A DNA stretch of 64,000 nt, taken from positions 96,001 through 160,000 of the forward strand of contig JBGSVZ010000035.1 of NCBI GenBank assembly GCA_041752695.1, in the 5' to 3' direction. Position numbers and translations under genes: made by a program. The stretch is from Terrimicrobiaceae bacterium. GTDB taxonomy: Bacteria > Verrucomicrobiota > Verrucomicrobiia > Chthoniobacterales > Terrimicrobiaceae. Under the pieces are notes generated by a model. The model was not told where the DNA came from and ran no database searches. It was given only the letters and a program-made list of their open reading frames with translations. Position 1 is the first letter of the stretch; each line of letters opens with the position of its first letter. Positions 19,751 through 29,163 of this stretch are shown here, in pieces.

Positions 19751-21008
19751 CCTAAAAGCGGGAATAGAAAAAGCTGTTGGTTGGCGCAAGTGATTGGAGT
19801 AGTTGGGGATGCTCCAAATTTCGCGGGAACCGGAAGCTCACCCCAGGGGTGAGGAGGTTTTTGGCCCCAAACGGCAGGGAGGGTCATGGCCGGTGGACAC
19901 GCCCGGGGGGCGATATTACGCGGAGCTGGATTTTGATGCGCCGGTGACGCGCGAGGGGCAGCTGATCTTTTTTGCGCAATTTCTGCATGCCGGAGGGCGA
20001 TGGGAGGAGTTGCTGAAAAACTGCCCATTGCGATACTCTGGGAACCGTGGCAGCGGAGCGACCAATGTGGTGGGGACGGCGGCCCTCTCGATCCTCTGCG
20101 GGCATTGGCGCTATGCGCACATCAACGCGGTGCGGGGCGACACGCTGAACCCTCCGCTCTTGGGGATGAGCCATGTGGTCAGCGAAGATGTAGTGCGCCG
20201 TGCCATGAAGCGCATGGAGGAATCCGAAGGACTAGCCTAGCTTTCGGGGCAGTTGCGCGGGTGTGTAGACCCGGTCTTAAGTCTGCCGTGGATCTTGGAT
20301 ATTGATGTGACGGTGAAGCCCCTTTACGGGCACCAGCAAGGCGCGCAGATCGGGCACAACCCGCAAAAGCTGGGACGCCCGAGTCACGCCTATCACAGCT
20401 ACTTCATGGCTAACACGCGACTTTGTTTGGGAGTCGAGGTGCAGGGCGGCAAAGAACACGCCGCCCGGCATGGGCTGCCCGGCCTCTGGTCGTCGCTCGA
20501 TGCGCTGCCTCGAACCCACTGGCCCACCTTCGTTCGTGGAGACTGCGTTTACGGCAACGAAGGGCTTCTGGGCGAATGTGAAACCCGGGGGCTGCCAGGC
20601 TTTTTAAAACTTCGCCACATGGCCAAAGTCAAAACCCTGCTGGCCCGCATGCAGCGCGCCGGAGCGGCCTGGCAGGATGCGGGCCAGGGATGGGAAGTCC
20701 TCGAAGCCCGTCTGTGTTTGAGTGGCTGGAGCTGCGAGCGTCGCGTGGTGCTGGTGCGGGAAACCCCGGCCATCGCCCCGGTGGGGGAAAACGCCCGCCG
20801 CCGTCGCAACACCCTTCAACCCTACCTGCCTGGGGCCGCTCATTGGGAGCAAAACCCCGCTCCATGGGCCGGACGGATCGCCGTGCTGGTGACCACGCTC
20901 AAGGAGACGGCTTACCCTGCCGTGGCATTGGCCCGACTTTACCGCGAACGGGCCGACGCCGAAAACATCTACGACGAACTCAAAAACCAATGGGGCTGTG
21001 GCGGCTAA
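19751..21008 (+). mobile_element. IS1380-family-like DDE transposase pseudogene
   Basis: LDIDVTVKPLYGHQ, GRPSH, VRGD, YRERADAENIYDELKNQWG. In-frame TAG at 20238 and 3' truncation at about 21005. Left boundary approximate. Confidence 0.85.
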
Positions 21009-21646
21009 TCCCCACAGCCAAAACCTGGCAATTCCGATTCAAGTGGCTAGATAGATCCAAACCCCACTTGAAGCCGTGGTCATCCCTCAAAAACAAACCT
21101 GAATTGTAACGATCACATCAGCACGGATTCACACCCCAAATCAGCAAGTTTTACGACCAAAATTCACAGCTTTTTTGAAACCATTCTCATTTCGCGTAGG
21201 TTCACTTTTCATTACCCATTGCAAATCAACAGAATAACTCCTGATTTTCGTTTCCAAATGTATACTAGCTATTTACCCACTTTCTTACCCATCTACTTAC
21301 CCACTTTCTTACCCTCCCTTCAGTCTGCTCTTGCGAGTAATCCCCACAGCCAAAACCTGGCAATTCCGATTCAAGTAGCTAGATAGATCCAAACCCCTCT
21401 TGAAGCCGAGGTAATCCCTCAAAAGCAAACCTCAGTTGCAACGATCACATCAGCACGGATTCACACCCCACATCAGCAAGTTTTACGACCAAAATTCACA
21501 GCTTTTTTGAAACCATTCTCATTTCGCGTAGGTTCACTTTTCATTACCCATTGCAAATCAACAGAATAACTCCCGATTTTCGTTTCCAAATGTATACTAG
21601 CTATTTACCCACTTTCTTACCCATCTACTTACCCACTTTCTTACCC
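21006..21646. repeat. Tandem direct duplication of a 309-bp non-coding unit (21006-21314, 21338-21646)
   Basis: Hand alignment shows about 10 substitutions and no indels. Each unit ends in four TTACCC motifs at 12-bp period. Confidence 0.97.
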
Positions 21647-22325
21647 ACATCGCGTCGTCAATGGTCACCGCCTCCGCTCTCTCCCTCAAGCACCCCAACT
21701 TGGGCCAACAGGCCTCTCCCAAAATTTCCTACCGCAGCGCTTTGGCCGATAGGCCTTCCCAAAATTTATATCTGCCATACCACCGCCGCCGCGGCTTAAG
21801 CACTTGAGACTTCATTACCCCCAGATGGCTACGCCCGATAGATCTAGCTCAGGGCCCTCGCACTCGCGGCCCATCCCCGCTCTTCGCACCCTGTTCTCAA
21901 ATTTACGGCTATCTGCCGCTTTTCACATCCTATCTCCTTGCAAAACATCGGGATACAACAAGTTTAAACACTTTCATACCCTAACATGCCCCCGCACCAT
22001 CCGTGGCGCCAACCTTCACGACCCCTTGCTCACTCCTTGAAAACCCTTACACGGGCTCCCTACGCGTGAATTCAGCCACTCCTCGACAATACACTCACAT
22101 CAAATAATATTATGCTGGCTGCATTGAGTTGAGGTTCGCTGGAGGAAGGAATAACTGGACATTCCTACTTCACCCCCCACCAACCAACCACACAGACACC
22201 CTTTCATGCCGATTACCCACATCAACACCCGATCACCCGCGAAACCTTTCTCAAACCCGTGCGATACCCATGCGTCCATATGCGATATTATGCGAACCAT
22301 GGTTACATGATTGGATTGCAAGATA

Positions 22326-22468
22326 GAATTTTGTGCAAAGCCACAAAATTCCAATACATACGCACTTGTTACTCTTTTTTAGGTCTCCAGTACCATTTTG
22401 TTACACTCTTTCGGCCCTGAGGGCAGGATTTGTTACACAAATCAGCGCCTTTTGGCGAAAATGTAACA
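22326..22468. promoter_or_regulatory. Inverted repeat plus phased TTGTTAC direct repeats upstream of RHH gene
   Basis: GAATTTTGTG-N6-CACAAAATTC at 22326-22351. TTGTTAC at 22366, 22398, 22430 (32-bp period). TGTAACA at 22462. Confidence 0.6.
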
Positions 22469-22496
22469 TTGCTATTTTTTGTGATATACTAATGGT

Positions 22497-22844
22497 ATGG
22501 CTAACGAACAAAACCAGCGCGAAATTCCATCTGAAACCTCGGACGACTCAAGCACTCCATCTATTAAAAAAGCACCGATCGTCCGGCTCCGGCGGGGGTC
22601 GAATGCGTTACTTGAAAAATTGGCATCTAAACACGGGCTTACGAAATCTGGAACAATAGACATAGCGCTTAGACTCCTAGAGGATGCTGCTGCTGGCAGG
22701 TTGGATGTTACTCTGCCTGCCCTCACTCAAGAGGTGATAGGCCTTGATCATTCTGTCGGCCTGCTGGCTGAGCAACTTGAGCATCTCGAAGGGCTTCGTG
22801 GAGTTATTATCGCTTGCGGGCATGAACAGGGGAAAGACGAATAG
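22497..22844 (+). CDS. Small putative ribbon-helix-helix (CopG-like) DNA-binding protein
   Basis: Beta-alpha-alpha pattern PIVRLRRGSNALLEKLASKHGLTKSGTIDIALRLL. Confidence 0.6.
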   Translation: MANEQNQREIPSETSDDSSTPSIKKAPIVRLRRGSNALLEKLASKHGLTKSGTIDIALRLLEDAAAGRLDVTLPALTQEVIGLDHSVGLLAEQLEHLEGLRGVIIACGHEQGKDE

Positions 22845-22924
22845 AAGGAAAGCTGCCCTTTTTTTGCAGATGGAATTATCACACGCGCCCACCACTTTGA
22901 GGCAACAATCGGACTTTAAACCCG

Positions 22925-24307
22925 CTACTCCACAGGAATAGGATATTGATGATGGATATTGCCGTCTAATTTGGCCCCGCCGTCCTTCTTTTCCCTCTGG
23001 GGTGCCCCCTCTTCGTTGAAGTCGCCCCACTGTTTGAAGAAAAACGGGATTCCGGCCCTTTTACATTGGTCCCGGAGGCTCGTCGCCCACTTCTTGTCCA
23101 TCGGTCGTCCGCCCTTCGATTCCCCGCCGACAACCACCCAATCAAGGTCGCTGGTAGTGCTCAGCTTGATCGGGCCCAGAAGAGGCTCGCAACTCAGCCA
23201 CCGGATCGCTGCCCTCACCTGACGGAGGTGTCCGATTCGCTCGTCGAAACGCTGCTGGTTTTCTGTCGATGTGCCGAGCCAGATATTCCGCAACGGATCG
23301 CGGGTCCGATAGCGTTTTTGCGTGAATTCAGACATACGCTCCGGGCGCTTCGTTAAAACTTGGAATGTGTGCCAGGATGCCTTCTCCATAACCTCAAAAA
23401 CGGCAGAGATGAAGTCCTCTCGGACATTTTTGTGGAACAGGTCCGACATCGAGTTCACGAAATATTTCGTTGGGGTTCTGTTCAACAAGGGGTCGCCCAG
23501 CCGTTCTGGGAGTAAGAGGATTTTTCCAGTGAACGCGTAGGCACCCCCGGATTCCCGCGCAAGCCCCGGATACATGTCGGCTCCGCGCGTCGCAACAAAC
23601 TTGGCGGCATAGCAATGGTCGCAACCTTCGGACGCTCTCGTGCAGCCTTGTAGCGGGTTCCAGGTGACCTGTGTCCACTCGATCTTGCTAATTCGTCGGT
23701 CGCCGAGTGCAGTGGCTCTAGCTTTGAGATGTCGGAATAGATGACGGATTTCGTCCGATGCGCGGGAAGGAAGATCGCCTTCTGCATCTTCGATTAAAGC
23801 CACGAATTTTTTCGCGAGTTCATTCGTTTTTCCGTCTGGCTCCACCGGTTCCAAAGGAGGGGCCAGGAAAGCCTTCGCGGAGCGAACTTCGGCGGGGGAG
23901 ATATCGTCTTTGGTGTGCCATTTTCCCCAGCTCTCCAACAGATCAAAGATTTGCGCCAGATCGTCCGGTTGATCCCGGAGCGATCCCAACGGACGGAAGT
24001 GAGCTTCGGTGTCGAGCTTCTCCAAAATGTCCCCTCGAGGGGACATATGCATGAGTTGACCTGCATCGGCGATCCGGTTTGCGTGGCTGCGCCCATAGTC
24101 AAACTCCCGCTTGAAATATTCGGTGAACGACCCGTGCTCCCGATAGAGTCTCCGCTCCCGGATCTGGTGGAACGCCTCCGCCATCTTCCGGAATCCTTCA
24201 CGTGCCTCCCGAGCGGCCTCGCGAATCACACCCTCATATTTTTTTAGAAGATGGGTTTCTTTCGCGCTCAAGGGCAATTTAACTTCGAACGAAGTTGTCA
24301 TAGTCAT
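22925..24307 (-). CDS. DUF5131 (phage Gp37/Gp68, radical-SAM-like) protein with extra N-terminal helical domain
   Basis: SKIEWTQVTWNPLQGCTRASEGCDHCYA, FVNSMSDLFH, FQVLTKRPER, LSCEPLLGP, WVVVGGES, PFFFKQWG. About 200-aa N-terminal extension with IRERRLYR..SFTEY. Confidence 0.9.
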   Translation of the reverse strand: MTMTTSFEVKLPLSAKETHLLKKYEGVIREAAREAREGFRKMAEAFHQIRERRLYREHGSFTEYFKREFDYGRSHANRIADAGQLMHMSPRGDILEKLDTEAHFRPLGSLRDQPDDLAQIFDLLESWGKWHTKDDISPAEVRSAKAFLAPPLEPVEPDGKTNELAKKFVALIEDAEGDLPSRASDEIRHLFRHLKARATALGDRRISKIEWTQVTWNPLQGCTRASEGCDHCYAAKFVATRGADMYPGLARESGGAYAFTGKILLLPERLGDPLLNRTPTKYFVNSMSDLFHKNVREDFISAVFEVMEKASWHTFQVLTKRPERMSEFTQKRYRTRDPLRNIWLGTSTENQQRFDERIGHLRQVRAAIRWLSCEPLLGPIKLSTTSDLDWVVVGGESKGGRPMDKKWATSLRDQCKRAGIPFFFKQWGDFNEEGAPQREKKDGGAKLDGNIHHQYPIPVE

Positions 24308-24399
24308 GACGTATCAGCTCCGGCCGCAGGGTTCAATATCTCCGTCAAGAAGGCTTCAACGGCCCTTGGGCTCAAAACCCATAAACAGAAAAAGTTGAA

Positions 24400-25347
24400 A
24401 TGATATTACCAAAATCCACTTCAATTGAAACCCAAACAGCTTGGTCGGCTCAGCGGGTTGGAACGCTCCATAGCTGCATGAAAAAATACCGATTCAGGTA
24501 CCTTCTCCGAGGCGGATGGAAGCCCGATGCGGACGAGGATCACCGGAAGGTTTATCGCCTGGGACTACTCCAAAATGAGTCCGCTTTCGCGGGAACTCTC
24601 ATCCACAAGCATATCCGCAGGATGATCGCCGCCGGAATGGCCGGCATTTCGCTGGAGGTTGGAAAGCAGGCCGACACGGCCTGCCGGGAGTTCACCATCG
24701 CGGTGGAAGCAGGGTCCGCCATTCCGCTCGAAAAGGTGCGCCGGGACCGAACAAAGTTTCTTCGTCAAGAACGCGGACTCCCGTTTTTCCCACAGGAGAT
24801 CGCCCGCTTTCACGAGCACATCCGCAGCTGCCTCAATGCCTGGTGGGATCATAATGAAACCCAGGATTTGCTCGCTCACCGCCAACACATCATCCGGGAA
24901 TTTTTGGATCCCGAGAAGCCTCTGCTGACTGACGCACTGGGCGTGCCGAGCTTCTTGAAAACTGATGCCATTGTTAAACTTGGCAACAATGTCACGATAT
25001 ACGATTGGAAATCTGGAAATCCCTCGGATTCCGACGAAAAACAAGCTTCAATCTACGATGCCTTCGCCCGGGCACATTTCCAACTGGATGAGACCGCGAA
25101 CGTAGAAGCGAGGTTCGTCTATCTCACGGATGGGTCCTCTCGAAGATTCACTTTCGACGCCGATCAACGTGCCCAGTTGCTTTGGCAGATTCAGGAGGAA
25201 TACACCGATCTTGTCATCACGGACGCCAAACCCGATCCCAAGCTCTTTCCCCCAAGACCCAACGGGCAATGTGAGCGGTGTGTCTTTCAATTCCTCTGCC
25301 AAGAGGGACAAAAGCAGATCGCCAAGACCAAGGAGGTGCTGTCATGA
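24400..25347 (+). CDS. PD-(D/E)XK nuclease, Cas4/RecB-like, with Fe-S Cys motif
   Basis: N-terminal WSAQ..SCMKKYRFRY, GTLIH, KTDAI..IYDWKSG, QASIY, C-terminal CERCVFQFLC. Confidence 0.88.
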   Translation: MILPKSTSIETQTAWSAQRVGTLHSCMKKYRFRYLLRGGWKPDADEDHRKVYRLGLLQNESAFAGTLIHKHIRRMIAAGMAGISLEVGKQADTACREFTIAVEAGSAIPLEKVRRDRTKFLRQERGLPFFPQEIARFHEHIRSCLNAWWDHNETQDLLAHRQHIIREFLDPEKPLLTDALGVPSFLKTDAIVKLGNNVTIYDWKSGNPSDSDEKQASIYDAFARAHFQLDETANVEARFVYLTDGSSRRFTFDADQRAQLLWQIQEEYTDLVITDAKPDPKLFPPRPNGQCERCVFQFLCQEGQKQIAKTKEVLS

Positions 25348-26213
25348 AACCTCTGACCAGCTGGACGCGGCAGGTTTCGGCCCATGACAAATGTCCAAAA
25401 AGATTTTATTTGCGGTATCTCGAACCGAGCGGGATCAGCCAACGTTTCAATTGTCTGAGGTCCGTTCGGGAGCTGGGGGGGCATGTCGTTCATGCAGTTC
25501 TAGCCACAGTTGTCCGAGCCGTAGCGAATGGTGACCGAGTGGGGGATCATCCCTATTCCGGACAGAGAGCGCTAGAAGAGTTCGATCGAATCGTGGCAGA
25601 TTCCGGTTCTCTGCCTCCATGGAAATTGCTCCACGAGTGCCAAGTCGCAGAACTCCACAACGGGCAACTTGCCCAGGAGGAAATTGCCCACTGGAGGGAA
25701 ATCATTCCCCTTTGTGTGGAAAATGGTCTTCGTGTCATGCAAACTTTGGGTTTTCGCAGTGATGCCGGTGAACGGAAAATGTTGGCCGAACAAGGATTTC
25801 GATTTAAGACATCCGAACGCGTGCACCGCGGCATTATTGATGTCCTGTTGCGCGATGGCAAAAACTGGACGGTATACGACTGGAAGTGCCATTCGATCTC
25901 CAACACCGACGTCCGGCAGGTGCACTTCTATCAGGACTATCTGGCAAAAGCCGAAGGGGTGCCGCATTCTCGCCTTCACGGATTTGCGGTGGACCTCCTG
26001 CGCGAAGAAATCATGCCGGTCCATTTTCGTCCGCACGATCATCCAACGCAGATCCGTCACCGAGTCAGACTCCACGTTCCAGAAAAATCCGCAAATCCGT
26101 TCGGAGCCCGGGCAACTTTGGAGAATTGTTCTCGGTGCCCATTCGCAGCCGTTTGTGCCGAATCGGCAGTGAAACCGCCCCACGCGATCCAAATTCTGGA
26201 GGAGCTAGCGTGA
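25344..26213 (+). CDS. Second PD-(D/E)XK nuclease, Cas4/RecB-like
   Basis: CPKRFYLRY, GHVVH, GIIDVL..VYDWK, QVHFY, CSRCPFAAVC. AAGGAGG RBS and ATGA overlap with previous gene. Confidence 0.88.
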   Translation: MKPLTSWTRQVSAHDKCPKRFYLRYLEPSGISQRFNCLRSVRELGGHVVHAVLATVVRAVANGDRVGDHPYSGQRALEEFDRIVADSGSLPPWKLLHECQVAELHNGQLAQEEIAHWREIIPLCVENGLRVMQTLGFRSDAGERKMLAEQGFRFKTSERVHRGIIDVLLRDGKNWTVYDWKCHSISNTDVRQVHFYQDYLAKAEGVPHSRLHGFAVDLLREEIMPVHFRPHDHPTQIRHRVRLHVPEKSANPFGARATLENCSRCPFAAVCAESAVKPPHAIQILEELA

Positions 26214-27103
26214 ATCCTACTCCCATCCTGTGGTCAGCCTCCCAGCGGCGGGCTTTCGATGATCTGTGCGCAACCGGGGAGACGTTCTTCCATGCTGATT
26301 GGACCTCCCTTCCAATGAGGCCGCGTTTTGATTCCCTGATCATTGGCCCCAGTGGGGTCGGCAAAAGCCACCTCACACGCGCGGTTGCCGAGAACCTTAG
26401 CGTCCCGATCCTCAAACTAAGCCACGGCGAGTGGATTGTCACCGCCGCGAGGACATGCACGAGATCGACCATCCAGCGAGTTCGCGACTTTTTAGGACAA
26501 AACGAATGCGGTATTATTCATATTGATGAGCTCGATAAGTCCCGGGCCGGGTTCCGTACTGAATGGAGCATTGCTGTCTTTGGGGAAATCTTTAGCTTAT
26601 TGGACCGCCATTCACCTGCCCCACCACGCGATGGGGCGTGGTCGGAGACCGAACTGTCTCACCTTAGAAACAGATTCTGGTTTCTTGGCTCAGGGACTTG
26701 GCAGGATTTGTGGAATGATGTTTCATCCGCAAAAATCGGTTTCGGAAAGTCCAATTTTTCTGACGACCAAACCATGCTCGTGGAAAAAGTTCGACGCTCT
26801 TGCTTGATTCCGGAGGAACTATTGTTCCGTTTTTCAGCGAACTACATCTTACTTCCGCCAGCAACGGAAGACGACTACCGTCAAGCGGCAAAGGCGTTTG
26901 GGCTCTGCAAAATGGCCGAAGTTCTAGGAATTCAGATTGACTTTCGCAAGGCTACCGCGGAGGGCTCGGGAGCCCGGTGGTTGGAAGAAACGCAGGCACA
27001 ATTTCTAGTTCATGCGTGGAAATCCGGCCGGCGCGATATCCTTGCTCCCCGCCCGCTCGAAAAGACTCCAACAAACGAGGAATGCGATGACATTCCGCTA
27101 TGA
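26210..27103 (+). CDS. AAA+ ATPase (single module, ClpX/HslU-like Walker B)
   Basis: Walker A GPSGVGKS, Walker B IIHIDELDK, PEELLFRF. GGAGG RBS and GTGA overlap. Confidence 0.88.
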   Translation: MNPTPILWSASQRRAFDDLCATGETFFHADWTSLPMRPRFDSLIIGPSGVGKSHLTRAVAENLSVPILKLSHGEWIVTAARTCTRSTIQRVRDFLGQNECGIIHIDELDKSRAGFRTEWSIAVFGEIFSLLDRHSPAPPRDGAWSETELSHLRNRFWFLGSGTWQDLWNDVSSAKIGFGKSNFSDDQTMLVEKVRRSCLIPEELLFRFSANYILLPPATEDDYRQAAKAFGLCKMAEVLGIQIDFRKATAEGSGARWLEETQAQFLVHAWKSGRRDILAPRPLEKTPTNEECDDIPL

Positions 27104-27173
27104 GTATGTCTAAAACGCCTGGGCCAAGAAAAAGCAAGTCCCTTCTCGGACACACAAAGTATCAAAATCGCAC

Positions 27174-27623
27174 ATGGTGAGCACTAGAACACTGTCGGAA
27201 GACGCCTTCATCCGTTGCTTCGACTCCGACATCGGGAAACTCCTCTTAGCGTCTGCTCTGAAAAGGATGGCCAGTCACGTTCCGCCAGTCAGCGAAGATT
27301 TGATCTTCGTTTTGATCAGGAGTCTCCAAACCGGTCTGGCGGAAAGGGCCGCACTCTCGCCGGAGAGAAACACTGAAACTACATCGATGAGAGCTCTTCT
27401 GGTCGACGTAATACGCGCTGGAATTCATTCTGGAGATTTATCGAGCGATTCGCCAACACAAAGCCTCGTCGCTGAACTGCGCAATCTCAGCGAGGCCGAG
27501 ACTGTGGGAGTTCTTGCGAGCTGCATCGCAATGCTAGCCACGGGCTGGCCCGCTTCGGAATTTCTGAAAATCTCGCAATGCCGGTCTTGGAATGGTTCTG
27601 AGACATCCCTTCTCGATTTATAG
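27174..27623 (+). CDS. Hypothetical protein
   Basis: 149-aa ORF co-oriented after the ATPase; no recognised motif. Confidence 0.55.
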   Translation: MVSTRTLSEDAFIRCFDSDIGKLLLASALKRMASHVPPVSEDLIFVLIRSLQTGLAERAALSPERNTETTSMRALLVDVIRAGIHSGDLSSDSPTQSLVAELRNLSEAETVGVLASCIAMLATGWPASEFLKISQCRSWNGSETSLLDL

Positions 27624-27866
27624 CACAAGCTTCAACAAGAACGACTATCCAGTTCACATTGAACACTAGTCGAACCGTTGGATTAGAGCTTTTTCTTCCC
27701 ACCCTAGGATTTGTATTCCCGGATGAACCACGCTCAATGAAAACGGCAAGTTAAATACTCAGGTCCACAACCTTCCTGCCTTGTTCTGAGTCGTATGAGA
27801 GAAACGCGTTTTGTGGGAGGGACTCTATGGGAAGACCGGGTGAAGCCGCCAAAACAAAAAAACGTT

Positions 27867-28475
27867 ATGAAAATTCAAGTCCTTTATTCACCGATCCACC
27901 AATCGATTAGACTCCGTTACGATGGCGAAATGCGCCACTTTTTTAGGGAAAACCATCGTCTTTGCGCAGCATTCTGCCGATCGAAAGTCGCGCGAGACGT
28001 CGCGCGGCATGTCGATCCCGCGCTAATTGTTCAATGGACTCATTCCATCGGAGTCCTCACTCGGCTCAAGCGCGGACAAACGCGTCAGGCTTGCCTTTCC
28101 GCGATAGAGGCAACACACATTTTCAACCTCGCTTGCATCGCGCTCGGGAACTCCAAGCTGAGCCGACGTAAGGCTCTGGAGGCTCTCTCGGTCTTCGGGA
28201 CAATTGCACCGTGCTCAATCGACTGTCTTCCTTTACCTCCTCTACCGGAGGTTCTCGATCCTACAGGGTTTTCCGAAACAACCGTTAAAATCTACAAGTC
28301 ACTGGCAGCAGGGAGGGGCCAGATCGCCTTGCCGGTCACGCAAGCAGAAGTTATTTGGAACGAACTTGCTGCGGAAGCATTCCGCCATCCGATGCTAAAA
28401 AAACTGGTGGAACATCTGGAGTCAAGGACCCACTCATACCGACTGGCGCTCGATTGGATCAATAATCGTCACTGA
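27867..28475 (+). CDS. Hypothetical protein
   Basis: About 200-aa ORF; start could be 27795; weak similarity to next ORF. Confidence 0.65.
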   Translation: MKIQVLYSPIHQSIRLRYDGEMRHFFRENHRLCAAFCRSKVARDVARHVDPALIVQWTHSIGVLTRLKRGQTRQACLSAIEATHIFNLACIALGNSKLSRRKALEALSVFGTIAPCSIDCLPLPPLPEVLDPTGFSETTVKIYKSLAAGRGQIALPVTQAEVIWNELAAEAFRHPMLKKLVEHLESRTHSYRLALDWINNRH

Positions 28476-28479
28476 CACC

Positions 28480-29106
28480 ATGGGATCCTACAAACAAACA
28501 CCCCATATCGAACCCGTCTTTTCGGTAAGGCGCAATGATTGCACCCAGCGAACGATTGTCCAGTATTCTGGCGACCTCCAACGGGCGATGAAACTCGTGC
28601 ACCTCCATGCGGTAAACGCATGCGTCGGTGCCCAAGTTGAATTACCGGATTGGGTTGTAGGGAGTTTCAATTCAACTATATATATAACCGGGAATCGGAG
28701 TCTTCTCCTACTGGCGAATGCGGAGTGCTGCATTGCGGAGATGAGCTACCTGGACTTCGAAATGATTTTTAAGATCGTGGCATTTACCGCCTTAAAAAGG
28801 TCGGCTTGGAAACAAGATCAAAGTGCATTCAGAAAGGTGATCGGCTTCTTAAGCTACGCCACTGCGGTCGAGTTTAAGCGGGCGGGGTTTCCAGAAATCG
28901 TTGCTGATTGTGAAGAGGCCGAAATATACAACTATCTCTCTGGGACGGGCCGCGTCTTCTTGCCAATAGTGTCGAGTTATCAACTTGCCCAGGCAGTTGA
29001 GTCGGAAGAACTAATATTGCCGTTGGATGGTCGCGCCTGGGTGCTGGAAATGGCCCTCAGCCTGCGCCTTCTTCACGAAGCCTGCCAACTGGCAAGAAAT
29101 CCGTAG
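28480..29106 (+). CDS. Hypothetical protein
   Basis: 208-aa ORF starting 4 nt after the previous stop. Confidence 0.65.
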   Translation: MGSYKQTPHIEPVFSVRRNDCTQRTIVQYSGDLQRAMKLVHLHAVNACVGAQVELPDWVVGSFNSTIYITGNRSLLLLANAECCIAEMSYLDFEMIFKIVAFTALKRSAWKQDQSAFRKVIGFLSYATAVEFKRAGFPEIVADCEEAEIYNYLSGTGRVFLPIVSSYQLAQAVESEELILPLDGRAWVLEMALSLRLLHEACQLARNP

Positions 29107-29163
29107 GCGACCAACCCGCCAGAAGGGCGCTTCATACCCGCGGCAGCTTCGCTGCGGTTTTCG

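Noticed and set aside
21006..22470. Possible CRISPR array near the Cas4-like genes
   Set aside because: No repeat-spacer structure: only a two-copy duplication, 12-bp tandem motifs and 7-bp phased motifs. No cas1/cas2 seen.
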